The notes under the pieces: model-generated
The model's database searches: none
Told to the model about the DNA's origin: nothing
The model's input: the letters and a program-made list of their open reading frames with translations, nothing else
Part shown: in pieces, positions 39,967-50,482 of the stretch
How the letters are laid out: every line of letters starts with the position of its first letter
How positions within the stretch are numbered: position 1 is the first letter of the stretch
DNA from: Promethearchaeia archaeon
GTDB lineage: Archaea > Asgardarchaeota > Lokiarchaeia > Sigyniarchaeales > SOKP01
DNA length: 64,000 bases
Assembly (NCBI GenBank): GCA_029856045.1
Contig: JAHQWG010000028.1
Location: 224,001 to 288,000 of the forward strand
Direction: 5' to 3'
Made by a program: the position numbers and the translations under genes

Positions 39967-41229
39967 TTATAATAATGTTTTTGTAAACATTCTAATCTTA
40001 TCCTTCACAGTTTTAATAGAGGCAAAGCGCTTGTCACCGACATCTATATCTATAATTAATAAAGGTATTCCTAATTCATCTCGCAAGGCTTCCCTAAGAA
40101 TTTGGGGTAAAGCTCCGAACTGTTTGCAACCTAAATGAGAAGTAAATATCCCACAATCAGCTTTAAATTCTTTTGTAATATTTATAAATTCTGGAATGAA
40201 ATCATCATAAAAACCAACAGATTGCTTAATCATTGGAAAATTCATTGCTTTTCGTGCCATATCTTTAAACATTTTATCTTCCGAACTTGTATCTACAGGA
40301 TTATATAAATTGTAAGTAAAAACATCTAATAAAACTGACATCCCAATTTCTCTATCCAACCATTCACATAAAGCTAAATCAAAGAATATGGTCATATTAG
40401 GCCAGATTGAACGAATTTGTTCTTCTATGGGACTTTCTTTCTTTTTATATCTTTTTTTTGCTAGATCTAGCACATTTTCATAAAGATCTAATTTCTCTGG
40501 ACGTCCTGCCATAAATACTGCAGCAGCAGCAGATATTGGGTTTATCATACTCTCAAGTGGGCAAGGAACAGCTTTTTTTAATTCATATAATTCTAATTCA
40601 AGTTTTATTGATTGATTTTCAATTTCTAAAGATTTCTTCAGTTTATCGAAATCTGGTTCTTGACCAATTATTTTGCCAATTTCACTTAATCCTATTTTGA
40701 TTTGCTCAGCAAAAAATTCATAACTTTTCTCTTCTTGGATAAAGGGCATGTCTGTAATAACTAAAGGAATATCTTTATATTTAAAGAAAGGGTATGAGGC
40801 ATATGTATTATCGCAGGGAGCAGTTGGAGTGGTTATTACATCAAATTTAAATAGATCATCCAATACCATACCCATTACTCCCTTCTGGGAAGAACATGTA
40901 TGGTAGGGGTGTCCCCAGTTAGTAATTAAGTCATAATATTTTTCTGAACCGTTAGGAAGTAATGCCGCCAATAGATATGATGTTCCTTCAATACAAATAG
41001 GAACACAATCAAAACAATGTAAAAATTCTGCTGGACATGCAAAATGATAACCGATTATTGGCAATCCTTCTTCTGCTTTTTGAATATAGTCAATTAAGCA
41101 TTTTTCTAAATTTTTTAATCCCATTTTTAAAACTTGCATTTCATGTTCTGGAACAATTCTCCATACTAACTCATATGAATTTGAAACAACTTCTAACAAC
41201 ATTTTATAAGGGATAACTTTTTCTTTCAT
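39967..41229 (-). CDS. 2-hydroxyacyl-CoA dehydratase / benzoyl-CoA reductase D-component subunit
   Basis: HTCSSQK, APCD, HLGCK, LGIPLLIIDIDVGD. Confidence 0.85.
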   Translation of the reverse strand: MKEKVIPYKMLLEVVSNSYELVWRIVPEHEMQVLKMGLKNLEKCLIDYIQKAEEGLPIIGYHFACPAEFLHCFDCVPICIEGTSYLLAALLPNGSEKYYDLITNWGHPYHTCSSQKGVMGMVLDDLFKFDVITTPTAPCDNTYASYPFFKYKDIPLVITDMPFIQEEKSYEFFAEQIKIGLSEIGKIIGQEPDFDKLKKSLEIENQSIKLELELYELKKAVPCPLESMINPISAAAAVFMAGRPEKLDLYENVLDLAKKRYKKKESPIEEQIRSIWPNMTIFFDLALCEWLDREIGMSVLLDVFTYNLYNPVDTSSEDKMFKDMARKAMNFPMIKQSVGFYDDFIPEFINITKEFKADCGIFTSHLGCKQFGALPQILREALRDELGIPLLIIDIDVGDKRFASIKTVKDKIRMFTKTLL

Positions 41230-41257
41230 TTTTTATATCCTAATTATGTTTTTACTA

Positions 41258-42406
41258 TTATTTTATCATTTCCAAAAAAGCTTCAATACGAGTTTGGAGT
41301 CGTGTTGTATCGGTTTGTACATATTCCCTATCAATATTTAATACTGGAATTTCTAACTCTTTTAGTTCATGCTCGAACAACATATTGTCACATCCATGAA
41401 GATCACAATTATTTATTCTTTGGAGTATGACACCATCAATTTTTGCTGTTTTAATCTCATCTTTTAAAAATTTTAATCTTCGCTCGTGATCATCCATCAT
41501 GCGTGGACAGGATAATTTATGATACACACGTTTTGAAATTTGTTCTAAGGGATTACTTCCAATTTGTACATCATCTAAAAAATTACGGGTTCCAAAACAC
41601 AAAAAATCTGACACAATTAACGCTCCAGAATTCTCAATCAAATTAATAAACTTTAAATCATCTATAATGCTTCCAACTAACATAATTCTTTTTCGGAGAT
41701 CTTTTATCCCTTCACTTTCTTTTAACTTATAATTAATTCGATATAATTCTTGATTAGTAATACTTTTAGGAATAGAACTATTTGCAACTGAAATCTGTAA
41801 TGCTTCAGCACCAGAAAGTTTTGGGTTTTCTAAAATTCGTAGTCTATGAATCTCTCTTAATAGTGTACGATTTTCATTATGAACCTTAATTGAATTTTCA
41901 AGGTTATTATCAGTTATATCTATATTATAGACTGTTTCTAATTCTTCCTTTAATTCTACAATTTCTTGCCAATACCAATTAAATCCTTCTTCTGATATAA
42001 TATGTGGTACAGAAAAATAAAACCTCGGAACTTTCTTTTTAAAGCCCTCTCGATTAAAAACTTTCATATTAAAAATTTCAAACATCCTACGACTATGGTC
42101 ACAGCTGTTACATATAAGGTATCCATCAAAAAAATCAAAACCACCTCGTAACGCTAAATCGAGTGATGCTCTTACAAAACTACAAGTGAATCTCACCATA
42201 TATATATCTCCAAGTTCAGTTTTATCATTTCCAGTTGCCCGTATTCTAAAAGGTAATAAATTAGCTGCATACAATAATTCTTCAGGGATGTAAGTGCAAT
42301 AATAACCAATAACTTTTTTTTTACTTGCTTGCCATTCTTTAATGTATTGATTATTAATCGAATTAGAAATATTCAGAAATGGGTCATTTTGTAGACTCAT
42401 CTTCAT
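41258..42406 (-). CDS. 2-hydroxyacyl-CoA dehydratase / BcrC-like subunit
   Basis: IGYYCTYIPEEL, CSFVR, NSCD, CFGTR, CPRM, NNCD, RLQTRIEAFLEM. Confidence 0.88.
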   Translation of the reverse strand: MKMSLQNDPFLNISNSINNQYIKEWQASKKKVIGYYCTYIPEELLYAANLLPFRIRATGNDKTELGDIYMVRFTCSFVRASLDLALRGGFDFFDGYLICNSCDHSRRMFEIFNMKVFNREGFKKKVPRFYFSVPHIISEEGFNWYWQEIVELKEELETVYNIDITDNNLENSIKVHNENRTLLREIHRLRILENPKLSGAEALQISVANSSIPKSITNQELYRINYKLKESEGIKDLRKRIMLVGSIIDDLKFINLIENSGALIVSDFLCFGTRNFLDDVQIGSNPLEQISKRVYHKLSCPRMMDDHERRLKFLKDEIKTAKIDGVILQRINNCDLHGCDNMLFEHELKELEIPVLNIDREYVQTDTTRLQTRIEAFLEMIK

Positions 42407-42891
42407 TCTCCTTTATCTTTGATTTTATACATTTCACGCTTTCCTATTGCAATACATCTCAATAGTTTTATAGTAGCTCTTAAAGAACCACTCATTTTAA
42501 TTTTTCCGGTAATGACATACTTAATAAAGAAGCTTAATATTCCAAAAATATTATTTTTTGTTCGCACTATAGCACTTACTACACGAACCACTTCATCTCT
42601 TTTTACATTCAAAGTCACGCACGAAATAGGATTTATAGATCTCCCCTTTCGAGGGTCAAAATTATCTTTATTTTTTACAAGTACAAAAGTTAGATAACCA
42701 TTTAAAGAGGGAAAATAGAATTCAACTTCTTGTCCCTCTCTTTTGCCAATTTTATTAAAAGGTTCATTGAATCCATATATTTCGATTAAAAGTTTAGCTA
42801 ACCTTGCAATATTAAGTAATTTTGTTTCATTTATTAAGTCATGGGCTTTTTTTTCCCGATTTAAAATATGGGTATCATTTTTTTCAATCAT
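42403..42891 (-). CDS. SCP2-like protein
   Basis: C-terminal YVITGKIKMSGS. First gene of the dehydratase operon. Confidence 0.5.
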   Translation of the reverse strand: MIEKNDTHILNREKKAHDLINETKLLNIARLAKLLIEIYGFNEPFNKIGKREGQEVEFYFPSLNGYLTFVLVKNKDNFDPRKGRSINPISCVTLNVKRDEVVRVVSAIVRTKNNIFGILSFFIKYVITGKIKMSGSLRATIKLLRCIAIGKREMYKIKDKGE

Positions 42892-43163
42892 TTAATCATC
42901 ACGATATAGGATTAATAATATCTTTATAAATTTGGTTTGTGATCATTTATTTTAACTTGTTCTTTTTTTATAAAAAATTAATTATTGATGTAAAGTGTTT
43001 TTGATTTTAATTAATTTTTATATTTCAATAATCAATTTTAAAAAAGAATAGAAAAAATTTTTAAAATATTGTCACTTATTTTTCAGAATAGGTTATATCA
43101 TTTCGTGAGTAAAGTTAAAAAAGTAAGGAATAAAAGAATTAAAGATTTATTGGAGATATAAAA

Positions 43164-43577
43164 ATGATAAAACAAATTTCAATATTTTTACCAAATCACC
43201 CTGGTGTTTTAGTGGAGTTAACAAAATTATTAACGGATAATTCCATTAATTTGAGAGCTCTCACGATCTCAGAAACTACGGATTACGGTATTTTAAAGAT
43301 AATAGTGGACAAAACTAGTGAATGTATTCAGATTTTAGAAAGGGAAAGTTATTTAACGGCAGTGACAGAAGTTATTGCAATAGAGATTCCAGATAAACCA
43401 GGTTCTCTACATGAAGTCATAAAATTATTGGGAGAAAATGAGACCAATATCGATTATTTGTATTCCACAATTGTTAAAAATGGTGCAGTTATAATTCTTA
43501 GAGTTTCTGACAATAAAAAAGTAATTGAGTTATTAAAGAGTAAAAATATTAAAGTACTCGATAAAACTGATTTTTGA
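43164..43577 (+). CDS. Tandem ACT-domain (amino-acid binding) protein
   Basis: QISIFLPNHPG...INLRAL...DYGIL and IPDKPGSL...NIDYLY. Confidence 0.9.
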   Translation: MIKQISIFLPNHPGVLVELTKLLTDNSINLRALTISETTDYGILKIIVDKTSECIQILERESYLTAVTEVIAIEIPDKPGSLHEVIKLLGENETNIDYLYSTIVKNGAVIILRVSDNKKVIELLKSKNIKVLDKTDF

Positions 43578-43582
43578 ATATT

Positions 43583-43660
43583 TTAGTTTAAAACAGCATT
43601 ATTTCCTTCCTTCTTGAGATAACCTAAAAAACATACATTATTAGAAAATTTATAAAATTG
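43583..43660 (-). pseudogene. Diverged remnant of the 3' end of the Hef helicase gene
   Basis: QFYKFSNNVCFLGYLKKEGNNAVLN* versus the Hef end KFYQFFNSACYLGYLKKKGNNVILN* (50483-50560). Confidence 0.85.
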
Positions 43661-43666
43661 ATTTGC

Positions 43667-43710
43667 TAAAGAGTAAAAATATTAAAAAAATAGATAAAAG
43701 CGATATTTAA
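43667..43710 (+). repeat. Diverged copy of the ACT gene 3' end
   Basis: taaagagtaaaaatattaaaaaaatagataaaagcgatatttaa versus taaagagtaaaaatattaaagtactcgataaaactgatttttga (43534-43577). Confidence 0.75.
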
Positions 43711-43740
43711 ATTTTTAATTTGCATTTTTGAAATATGAGA

Positions 43741-44211
43741 TTAATATCTAATTCTATTTCTATTTGGATCTCTAAGTTTATCCTTATTTCCTCTCTCCTT
43801 ATGTGATATATAAAGTCCCATCATTCCACCAACCAGTATGCCAATAATTGTAGCTACAATAAAGATTTCGAAAAATAAACTAAGAGTTAAATAAAAATCG
43901 AAGCCGGCGTTCGGTAAAACAAATACAAAGAAAAGAAATATTATTATTGAAATTACAGATAAAAGTGCTCCGAAAAATCCTACAATGAACCCTATGTGAA
44001 TGGGATTATCACCTACTTTTCGAGCTTTTAATGCTAAAATCACCCCAACGATAGCTCCAAATAAAACATGGAGATCTCCTAAAAAAAAAAGAGAAATTGG
44101 ATTAATTAGATAAGCAATAAATGCAATCAAATCGAAAATGATAATTCCGGAAAAGACATTGTGTTCTTTAGATTTTTCATATAGATCTTGAATAAATGGA
44201 ATTTTTGGCAC
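43741..44211 (-). CDS. Small 4-TM membrane protein
   Basis: Gly-rich hydrophobic helices. Confidence 0.6.
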   Translation of the reverse strand: MPKIPFIQDLYEKSKEHNVFSGIIIFDLIAFIAYLINPISLFFLGDLHVLFGAIVGVILALKARKVGDNPIHIGFIVGFFGALLSVISIIIFLFFVFVLPNAGFDFYLTLSLFFEIFIVATIIGILVGGMMGLYISHKERGNKDKLRDPNRNRIRY

Positions 44212-44239
44212 CCATCTTGAATAATTACTTTCAATCGTT

Positions 44240-45343
44240 TTATGAAGGAAAGTGAATAAGATTCATTTCCGTTTCACTGTCAAAAACATGAATTTGATCT
44301 GGAGAGAAAGATATATATGCAATATCACCCATTCGTCCAGGATAAAATCCAGGTGTAACCGCCATAGCGGAAATTTTATCAGGAAATTCGTAAGTAATAA
44401 TCGTTTCTGCACCAAGATATTCAATAACAGTAATTTCAACTTTGTATGAATCTTGATGAGTTTGAGTTGTAACCTTTATGTGTTCAGGTCGAATACCTAA
44501 AATCAAATTTTCAAAACTTGCTTTAACTAGCTTGTTAGCAATATCTTCAGGTAATGGATACTTCTGTTCTCCAAAAATGAGCATATTCCCATTTTTTTGA
44601 TCAAACTTTGTATCAATGAAATTCATAGTGGGAGAACCAATAAACCCAGCAACAAAGAGGTTAATAGGACAATTATATACTTCAGAAGGTGTCCCTAGTT
44701 GTTGAATACGACCATCAAAAAGAATAGCAATTCGATCTGCCATTGACATAGCCTCAACTTGATCATGAGTCACATAAACTAGAGTTATTCCAAGTCTTTT
44801 TTGAAGTTTGATTATCTCACCCCGCATTTGAGTTCGTAATTTAGCATCAAGATTACTCAAAGGCTCATCAAAAAGAAACGCGGTTGGGTTACGCACCATA
44901 CATCTCCCTAGAGCAACTCGTTGTCGTTGGCCCCCACTTAGTTCTTTAGGTTTACGATCCAATAATTCCGAGATTCCAAGGATTTCTGCTGCTACCTTTA
45001 CCCTCTTGTCAATGATACGTTTATCAGTTTTAGATAATTTTAAAGAAAAACTCAGATTATCTCTGACATTCATGTGGGGGTATAATGCATAACTTTGAAA
45101 TACCATCGCAACCTTTCTCTCTTTGGGCGGTAGATAAGATACATCAATATTATTAAACAAAATTCGACCATTAGTTACATATTCTAATCCAGCAATGATA
45201 TTCAAGCATGTTGATTTACCACAACCCGAAGGTCCTACTAGAACTAAAAATTCTTTGTCCTGAATTTCAAGATCAATATCCTTTAAAACGTGGACATCTG
45301 GACTAAAAATTTTATTTACTTTTTCTAAAATTATATTAACCAT
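44240..45343 (-). CDS. Sugar ABC transporter ATP-binding protein (MalK/MsmX-like)
   Basis: GPSGCGKS, VFQSYALYPH, LSGGQRQR, DEPLSNLDAKLR. Confidence 0.95.
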   Translation of the reverse strand: MVNIILEKVNKIFSPDVHVLKDIDLEIQDKEFLVLVGPSGCGKSTCLNIIAGLEYVTNGRILFNNIDVSYLPPKERKVAMVFQSYALYPHMNVRDNLSFSLKLSKTDKRIIDKRVKVAAEILGISELLDRKPKELSGGQRQRVALGRCMVRNPTAFLFDEPLSNLDAKLRTQMRGEIIKLQKRLGITLVYVTHDQVEAMSMADRIAILFDGRIQQLGTPSEVYNCPINLFVAGFIGSPTMNFIDTKFDQKNGNMLIFGEQKYPLPEDIANKLVKASFENLILGIRPEHIKVTTQTHQDSYKVEITVIEYLGAETIITYEFPDKISAMAVTPGFYPGRMGDIAYISFSPDQIHVFDSETEMNLIHFPS

Positions 45344-45366
45344 TTTAATAACCTCTTTTATTTTGT

Positions 45367-47382
45367 TTATCCTTTAACAGCACCACTTGTAATTCCACTT
45401 ATTATTTTATTTTGAAATATTAATACAATAATTACTAGTGGAACAGTAGCGATAGAAGTTGCAGCCATAAGAGCTAAATCAGTATTCCAATCAGCTTGAA
45501 GAAGGGGGCTTCGAACAAAACGTAAAATCGCTCTTGGTACAGTATGATTAATATCTGACGTTAACCATATTTGAGCAAAAAGAAGCTCGTTCCAAGAGGC
45601 AATAAACACTAAAATTGAGCATGTAAAAATCCCTGGAACAGTTAGTGGAAGAATAATTTTGCGGAAAATTTGAAAATTTGATGCTCCATCAACTTTTGCT
45701 GCATGCCATAAATCTTCAGGTATTTCCTTAAAGAAAGCTTGCAGGACAAAAACAGCTAAAGGTAAATTAAATGCAGCATATGGTAGCACAAGGCCCAAAA
45801 TATTATTTCGAAAATCTAAAAACGGGAAAATTTTTGCAATAGATGCCATTTGAATATAAAAGGGGATGGCTATCATTAAAGGTGGCAGACTTGTCATAAA
45901 AAAAATGAAAGAACCTAACGTTGGTTTTAGTCGGAAATTGAACTTCGCTAAAGCATAAGCTATAAAGGAACCAATAAAAATAACCACCAACACTGTTAAA
46001 CCTGAAAGAATGAAACTATTAAGTAATGCATGATCAAAAGAGACTCCAGTAAATTCAGAAGTTTGAAAAACAACTTCATATGATCTTAAATTAAAAACTT
46101 TGGGGAATAATTCAAATCCCGTTTGAGTAATATATGGGTCTCTGAATGATCGTAATATTATCCATATAAAGGGAGATGCACAAAAAAGACACATCATAAT
46201 GGTTATTAAATATAAAACACCTTTTTTTAAGAGAAGCTTCCTTTTAAACCACGCCATTTTCGATTCAGAGAGTTCTAAAATGCTCGATTCTGATTCAATT
46301 TCTATATCCTCTATGACTAATTCCGTAAGATCTTCCTTCCTTTTGAAGAATTTTTGAAATCTTGATTTAGACTTAATAGAAATAGATTTTTCTCTCCTGG
46401 TAAGTTTTAATATAATTACTGCAAATAATAAAATGAATAAAAATAACATAACGGTGACTGCTGCAGATAACCCCCATCTACTTGCAAACCATAAATTAAC
46501 AGCTTGGGAAGTCATTGAATCAACACTTTTATCATTAAAAACTACATTTAGATCATAAACCCTAAGAGCATCCATCATTCGAAAGATTAAAGCAACTCCA
46601 ACGCCTGGTTTAATCAAAGGCCAGGTTATATACCTGAATTTTTGCCAAGCAGTTGCCCCTTCAACATCCGCAGATTTATAAAGGTCTTCTGAAACAATTT
46701 GTAAAGCTGCAAGTATCAAGAGTGTAAAAAAGGGGGTCGTTTTCCACACATCAATTGCAATTATTGTAAACATTGTCATTTTTATAGGAAGAAAATCGAT
46801 AAATGGTTCAAATGGAATAAGGATTGGTAATTCGAATAGAATTAACGCATCAGGTCCATAAAAATCAATAGGACGAATTGAAAGTAGTTCAAGAATATTA
46901 TTAATTAACCCCCATGTAGGGGCTGGCGAGAATATTTCAAAACGGAAAATAGTTGATGAGGCAACAGTTGGAAGTGCCCAAGGGATCAAAAGTGTTGCTC
47001 TAGCTATTCCTCGACCTCGGAATTGTTTGTTCAAGATTTGAGCAAAAATTAGACCTAAAATGAATTCAATAAATAAGGACACTACGGAAAAGAAAATGGT
47101 TTGATAAGTATCTTGCCAAAAATCACGAGTATTATAATTGCCATATGTTAAAAGTTCGTAATAATTTGTAATAGAAAAAGCTGAACCAAAGTATCCAGTA
47201 GTTCCACTACTATTCGTGAAACTAATAAAAACCCCAATAATAATGGGTAAGAAAATAGCTAGACTAAATACAAGTAATGCTGGTATAATTAAAGTGATGA
47301 TAAATTTTGTATCAGTTGGAGGCTTCTCTTCAGTTTGTGAAAAATCGAAGATAATAGAATTTTTTTGAAAACTTTGTTCCAT
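45367..47382 (-). CDS. Fused sugar ABC permease (MalF-like plus MalG-like)
   Basis: Two EAA loops (SADVEGATAWQKF and AAKVDGASNFQIF). C-terminal GITSGAVKG. Confidence 0.9.
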   Translation of the reverse strand: MEQSFQKNSIIFDFSQTEEKPPTDTKFIITLIIPALLVFSLAIFLPIIIGVFISFTNSSGTTGYFGSAFSITNYYELLTYGNYNTRDFWQDTYQTIFFSVVSLFIEFILGLIFAQILNKQFRGRGIARATLLIPWALPTVASSTIFRFEIFSPAPTWGLINNILELLSIRPIDFYGPDALILFELPILIPFEPFIDFLPIKMTMFTIIAIDVWKTTPFFTLLILAALQIVSEDLYKSADVEGATAWQKFRYITWPLIKPGVGVALIFRMMDALRVYDLNVVFNDKSVDSMTSQAVNLWFASRWGLSAAVTVMLFLFILLFAVIILKLTRREKSISIKSKSRFQKFFKRKEDLTELVIEDIEIESESSILELSESKMAWFKRKLLLKKGVLYLITIMMCLFCASPFIWIILRSFRDPYITQTGFELFPKVFNLRSYEVVFQTSEFTGVSFDHALLNSFILSGLTVLVVIFIGSFIAYALAKFNFRLKPTLGSFIFFMTSLPPLMIAIPFYIQMASIAKIFPFLDFRNNILGLVLPYAAFNLPLAVFVLQAFFKEIPEDLWHAAKVDGASNFQIFRKIILPLTVPGIFTCSILVFIASWNELLFAQIWLTSDINHTVPRAILRFVRSPLLQADWNTDLALMAATSIATVPLVIIVLIFQNKIISGITSGAVKG

Positions 47383-47484
47383 TATTAACCTCTCTTATAA
47401 GAATGATTTTATTTGGCAAAATATTAAATCGATTAAAAAAAAAAATATATAATTATTTTTTTAATTTTTTTTTGCTTATATTTA

Positions 47485-48933
47485 TTATTTTTTCCTCTTC
47501 TTCTTATAAATTGCTATAGTTGCAAGTGTTCCTGCTATAGTAAATAGTAAGATAGTGATATCAAATCCAGGAATTTCAGATACTACTCCAAGAACTTCAT
47601 TTACATCGGTTTCCATCTCTGCTAATCCTTCAGCGGGAGTTTTAACGCAACCAATTATGTCGGCAAATTTATCTGCGATTTGGGTTGACATTAATGAATA
47701 TTTTGGAGTGACTGGTCTTGCAAGTGTTAAGGGAAGCTGAGTTTTTACACCCGTTATCCACTCCCAACCCGTTGGAGGACTATCATAAACGGATTTTAAT
47801 GCTGGAAAATTAGAATCACCTGTGAGCTCATATTCTTGTGCAACTGTATCACCAAGGAATTTTATTAGATTAAGTGCTTCTGTTTGATGTGTACTAGTTT
47901 TAGGAATAGTTAAAATCGCACCACCTACAACTGATGATTTTTCACCTGTTGCACCTGTGAAAGTCGGGAGTGGGGCAACCCCAAACTGAATGTAATTACC
48001 ACCAGCATCAGTTGCATTCAAGGGTGATGATGTTGCTGATGCACTATAACCAAATGTCCACTGTCGCATAAAGATAGCATTACCCGCAGTCCATGCACCC
48101 ACCGAAGATCCTTCATCCATAACAAGTCCTTCACGAGGGATAATATAATCTGTATCTTGAACTCCAGTATATCTTGGGGCAATTAATGCCTTTAAAAATG
48201 TCATTGCTTCAACAACTTTGGTTTGATCTAAATTTACAGTATCGTCATCGACCATTATATTAGTAACGCCATTACTACCAATCCATTCAAAGAAATTGCA
48301 TACTCCACCTTCATAAGCATCAAGTTGAGTAACATATCCTACTAAATCTGCATTTAATGCTTGTTCACTTGCATTACCCAATATTGCATTGGCTGTCGTG
48401 TTTAATTCAGCCCAAGTATCGAAATCTGCCGTAGTAAAGCCATTTCTGGTTATAAGATCTTTCCTATAGAATAACAAACCTAAATTCATGAAATAAGGGT
48501 ACGCCCAGATTTTACCTTTATAAGTACACGCTGTTACCATACCTTCGACATAATCATCCATTTCATTTGCGTCTAAAAGACTAGTTAAATCAACGACCCA
48601 ATTATTTTCAGCGAATTGAGCCATCCAAGGAGGATCTACACCCATTACATCGAATTCAGTACTTCCTGCAGTCATTTGGGCTACTAGATAAACAAGTTGA
48701 TCATCAGCACGGGTTCCAGAAGCGATTACTTCCACAGAATCTACTCCTGTTCCGAGAGCAGATGCCAAAAAATCAGCCTTAACACCATCAATCAATGGTT
48801 TTTGTTGGTCAGTCACGATAATTTTCAAAGCCACACCATTAGCCTTGACAGGCATTGGTATAAAAGCAAACAAGAACATCGATAGAAATACAACTAGCAA
48901 AATAATTGCTTTTTTATTTATGGTTTTTTTCAT
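47485..48933 (-). CDS. Trehalose/maltose-type solute-binding protein with signal peptide and C-terminal PGF/Loki-CTERM-like anchor
   Basis: GLLFYRKDL, YEGGVCNF, FMRQW, ARPVTPKY. C-terminal IPGF, TM helix and KKKRKK. Confidence 0.88.
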   Translation of the reverse strand: MKKTINKKAIILLVVFLSMFLFAFIPMPVKANGVALKIIVTDQQKPLIDGVKADFLASALGTGVDSVEVIASGTRADDQLVYLVAQMTAGSTEFDVMGVDPPWMAQFAENNWVVDLTSLLDANEMDDYVEGMVTACTYKGKIWAYPYFMNLGLLFYRKDLITRNGFTTADFDTWAELNTTANAILGNASEQALNADLVGYVTQLDAYEGGVCNFFEWIGSNGVTNIMVDDDTVNLDQTKVVEAMTFLKALIAPRYTGVQDTDYIIPREGLVMDEGSSVGAWTAGNAIFMRQWTFGYSASATSSPLNATDAGGNYIQFGVAPLPTFTGATGEKSSVVGGAILTIPKTSTHQTEALNLIKFLGDTVAQEYELTGDSNFPALKSVYDSPPTGWEWITGVKTQLPLTLARPVTPKYSLMSTQIADKFADIIGCVKTPAEGLAEMETDVNEVLGVVSEIPGFDITILLFTIAGTLATIAIYKKKRKK

Positions 48934-49173
48934 ATTTTTTTGTCACTTTTTTTTAGATATTAGGAGTAAAATTTGAATTTTTCTAATTTTATAAACATAG
49001 AAAAATCATAGAAAGCTATGATATATTTATTTAAAAATTTTTGCAACATTTTTGATTTTTACGTAAAAGTATAAATTTATTAAGTTTAAATCACAAAATA
49101 AAAATTTAAAGCAATAAAATTATAAAAAATTATTATAAAAAAGTTGTAATAAGTAAAAGGGTGTTCTAATTAA

Positions 49174-50394
49174 ATGAAAAAAAAAAATAATTCAATATTA
49201 GAAAAATATCAACGCCTTCTAGGAAAAAAAAAAATCAATTCACTACGAAAAAAAGCAATAAATTTCGAACAAAAAACAGTGTTACATATTAATTCAACCA
49301 AGTTTGGTGGCGGCGTCGCAGAGATTTTGAATAATATGATCCCAATGATGAGGGAACTCAAGATAGATGCTGAATGGAAAGTATTTTCTGCACCTAAAAG
49401 TTTCTTTGAAATTTCAAAGAAGATGCATAATGCATTACAAGGGAATATGTCTATTAATTTCTCGGAAGATGAAATTTCTGCCTTTCTTGAACAAGCCAAA
49501 TCAACATATGAACAAATTCATCCTAATAGTGATTTTGTAATTATTCACGATCCTCAGCCATCTCCTGTGATAGAATACGCTCATGAGAGGAGTGGTAAGT
49601 GGATTTGGCGCTGTCATATCGATACTTCTGATCCGAATCCACAGGCTTGGAATTTGATCTCTCGGTATTTACCCAATTATGATGCACTTATTTTTACTAA
49701 GTTGGAGTATGCTAAACCCGAAATAAACAATCTAATCTATCCGATACCACCTTCAATTGATCCATTTTCAGAAAAAAACAAAAAACTTGATAAAGAAACT
49801 GCAAATGAGATTGTGAAAAAATTTGTTCCACTTGATCGTCCTCTAATAACTCAAGTTTCTCGGTTTGATCCTTGGAAAGATCCCTTGGGTGTCATTGACG
49901 TATTTCGAAAGGTAAGAGAAAAAATCCCAGTTCGATTAGCTTTAATTGGGAGTTTAGCGCACGATGATCCAGAGGGAATTGAATTCTTAGAGAAAGTTAA
50001 GAACTATGCATCCAATGACCCCGAAATCCATATTCTGACTAATCTTGATGGTGTAGCTGACCTTGAAGTAAATGCTTTCCAGCATGTATCAGATATTGTT
50101 CTTCAAAAATCGCTCCGAGAAGGATTTGGATTAACTATTGCCGAAGCTCTTTGGAAAGAGACTCCAGTTATTGGAGGTAATGTAGGAGGGATTAAATTGC
50201 AGATTGAAAATGGTATAACTGGGTTTTTAGTTAATTCTATAGATGAGACAGTTGAAAAAATACTATATCTCCTTGCCAACCCGAGTATCGCAAAAAAAAT
50301 GGGTAAGAAAGGATATGAGAAAATAAAAAATGAATTTCTATTAACACATCATCTCGAGAAATATTTAGATTTATTTAAAATCTTATCCAAATAA
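49174..50394 (+). CDS. treT: Trehalose synthase (glycosyltransferase family 4)
   Basis: INSTKFGGGVAEIL, KKMHNALQG, HDPQP, WRCHID, VSRFDPWKD, EGFGLT. Confidence 0.9.
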   Translation: MKKKNNSILEKYQRLLGKKKINSLRKKAINFEQKTVLHINSTKFGGGVAEILNNMIPMMRELKIDAEWKVFSAPKSFFEISKKMHNALQGNMSINFSEDEISAFLEQAKSTYEQIHPNSDFVIIHDPQPSPVIEYAHERSGKWIWRCHIDTSDPNPQAWNLISRYLPNYDALIFTKLEYAKPEINNLIYPIPPSIDPFSEKNKKLDKETANEIVKKFVPLDRPLITQVSRFDPWKDPLGVIDVFRKVREKIPVRLALIGSLAHDDPEGIEFLEKVKNYASNDPEIHILTNLDGVADLEVNAFQHVSDIVLQKSLREGFGLTIAEALWKETPVIGGNVGGIKLQIENGITGFLVNSIDETVEKILYLLANPSIAKKMGKKGYEKIKNEFLLTHHLEKYLDLFKILSK

Positions 50395-50482
50395 AAAAAT
50401 AACTCTCAATATTTCTTTTTTTTAAACCCAATATAAAAATTTCTAATTTAGAATATTTCTTGGATTAAAATTGCATTTTCAT

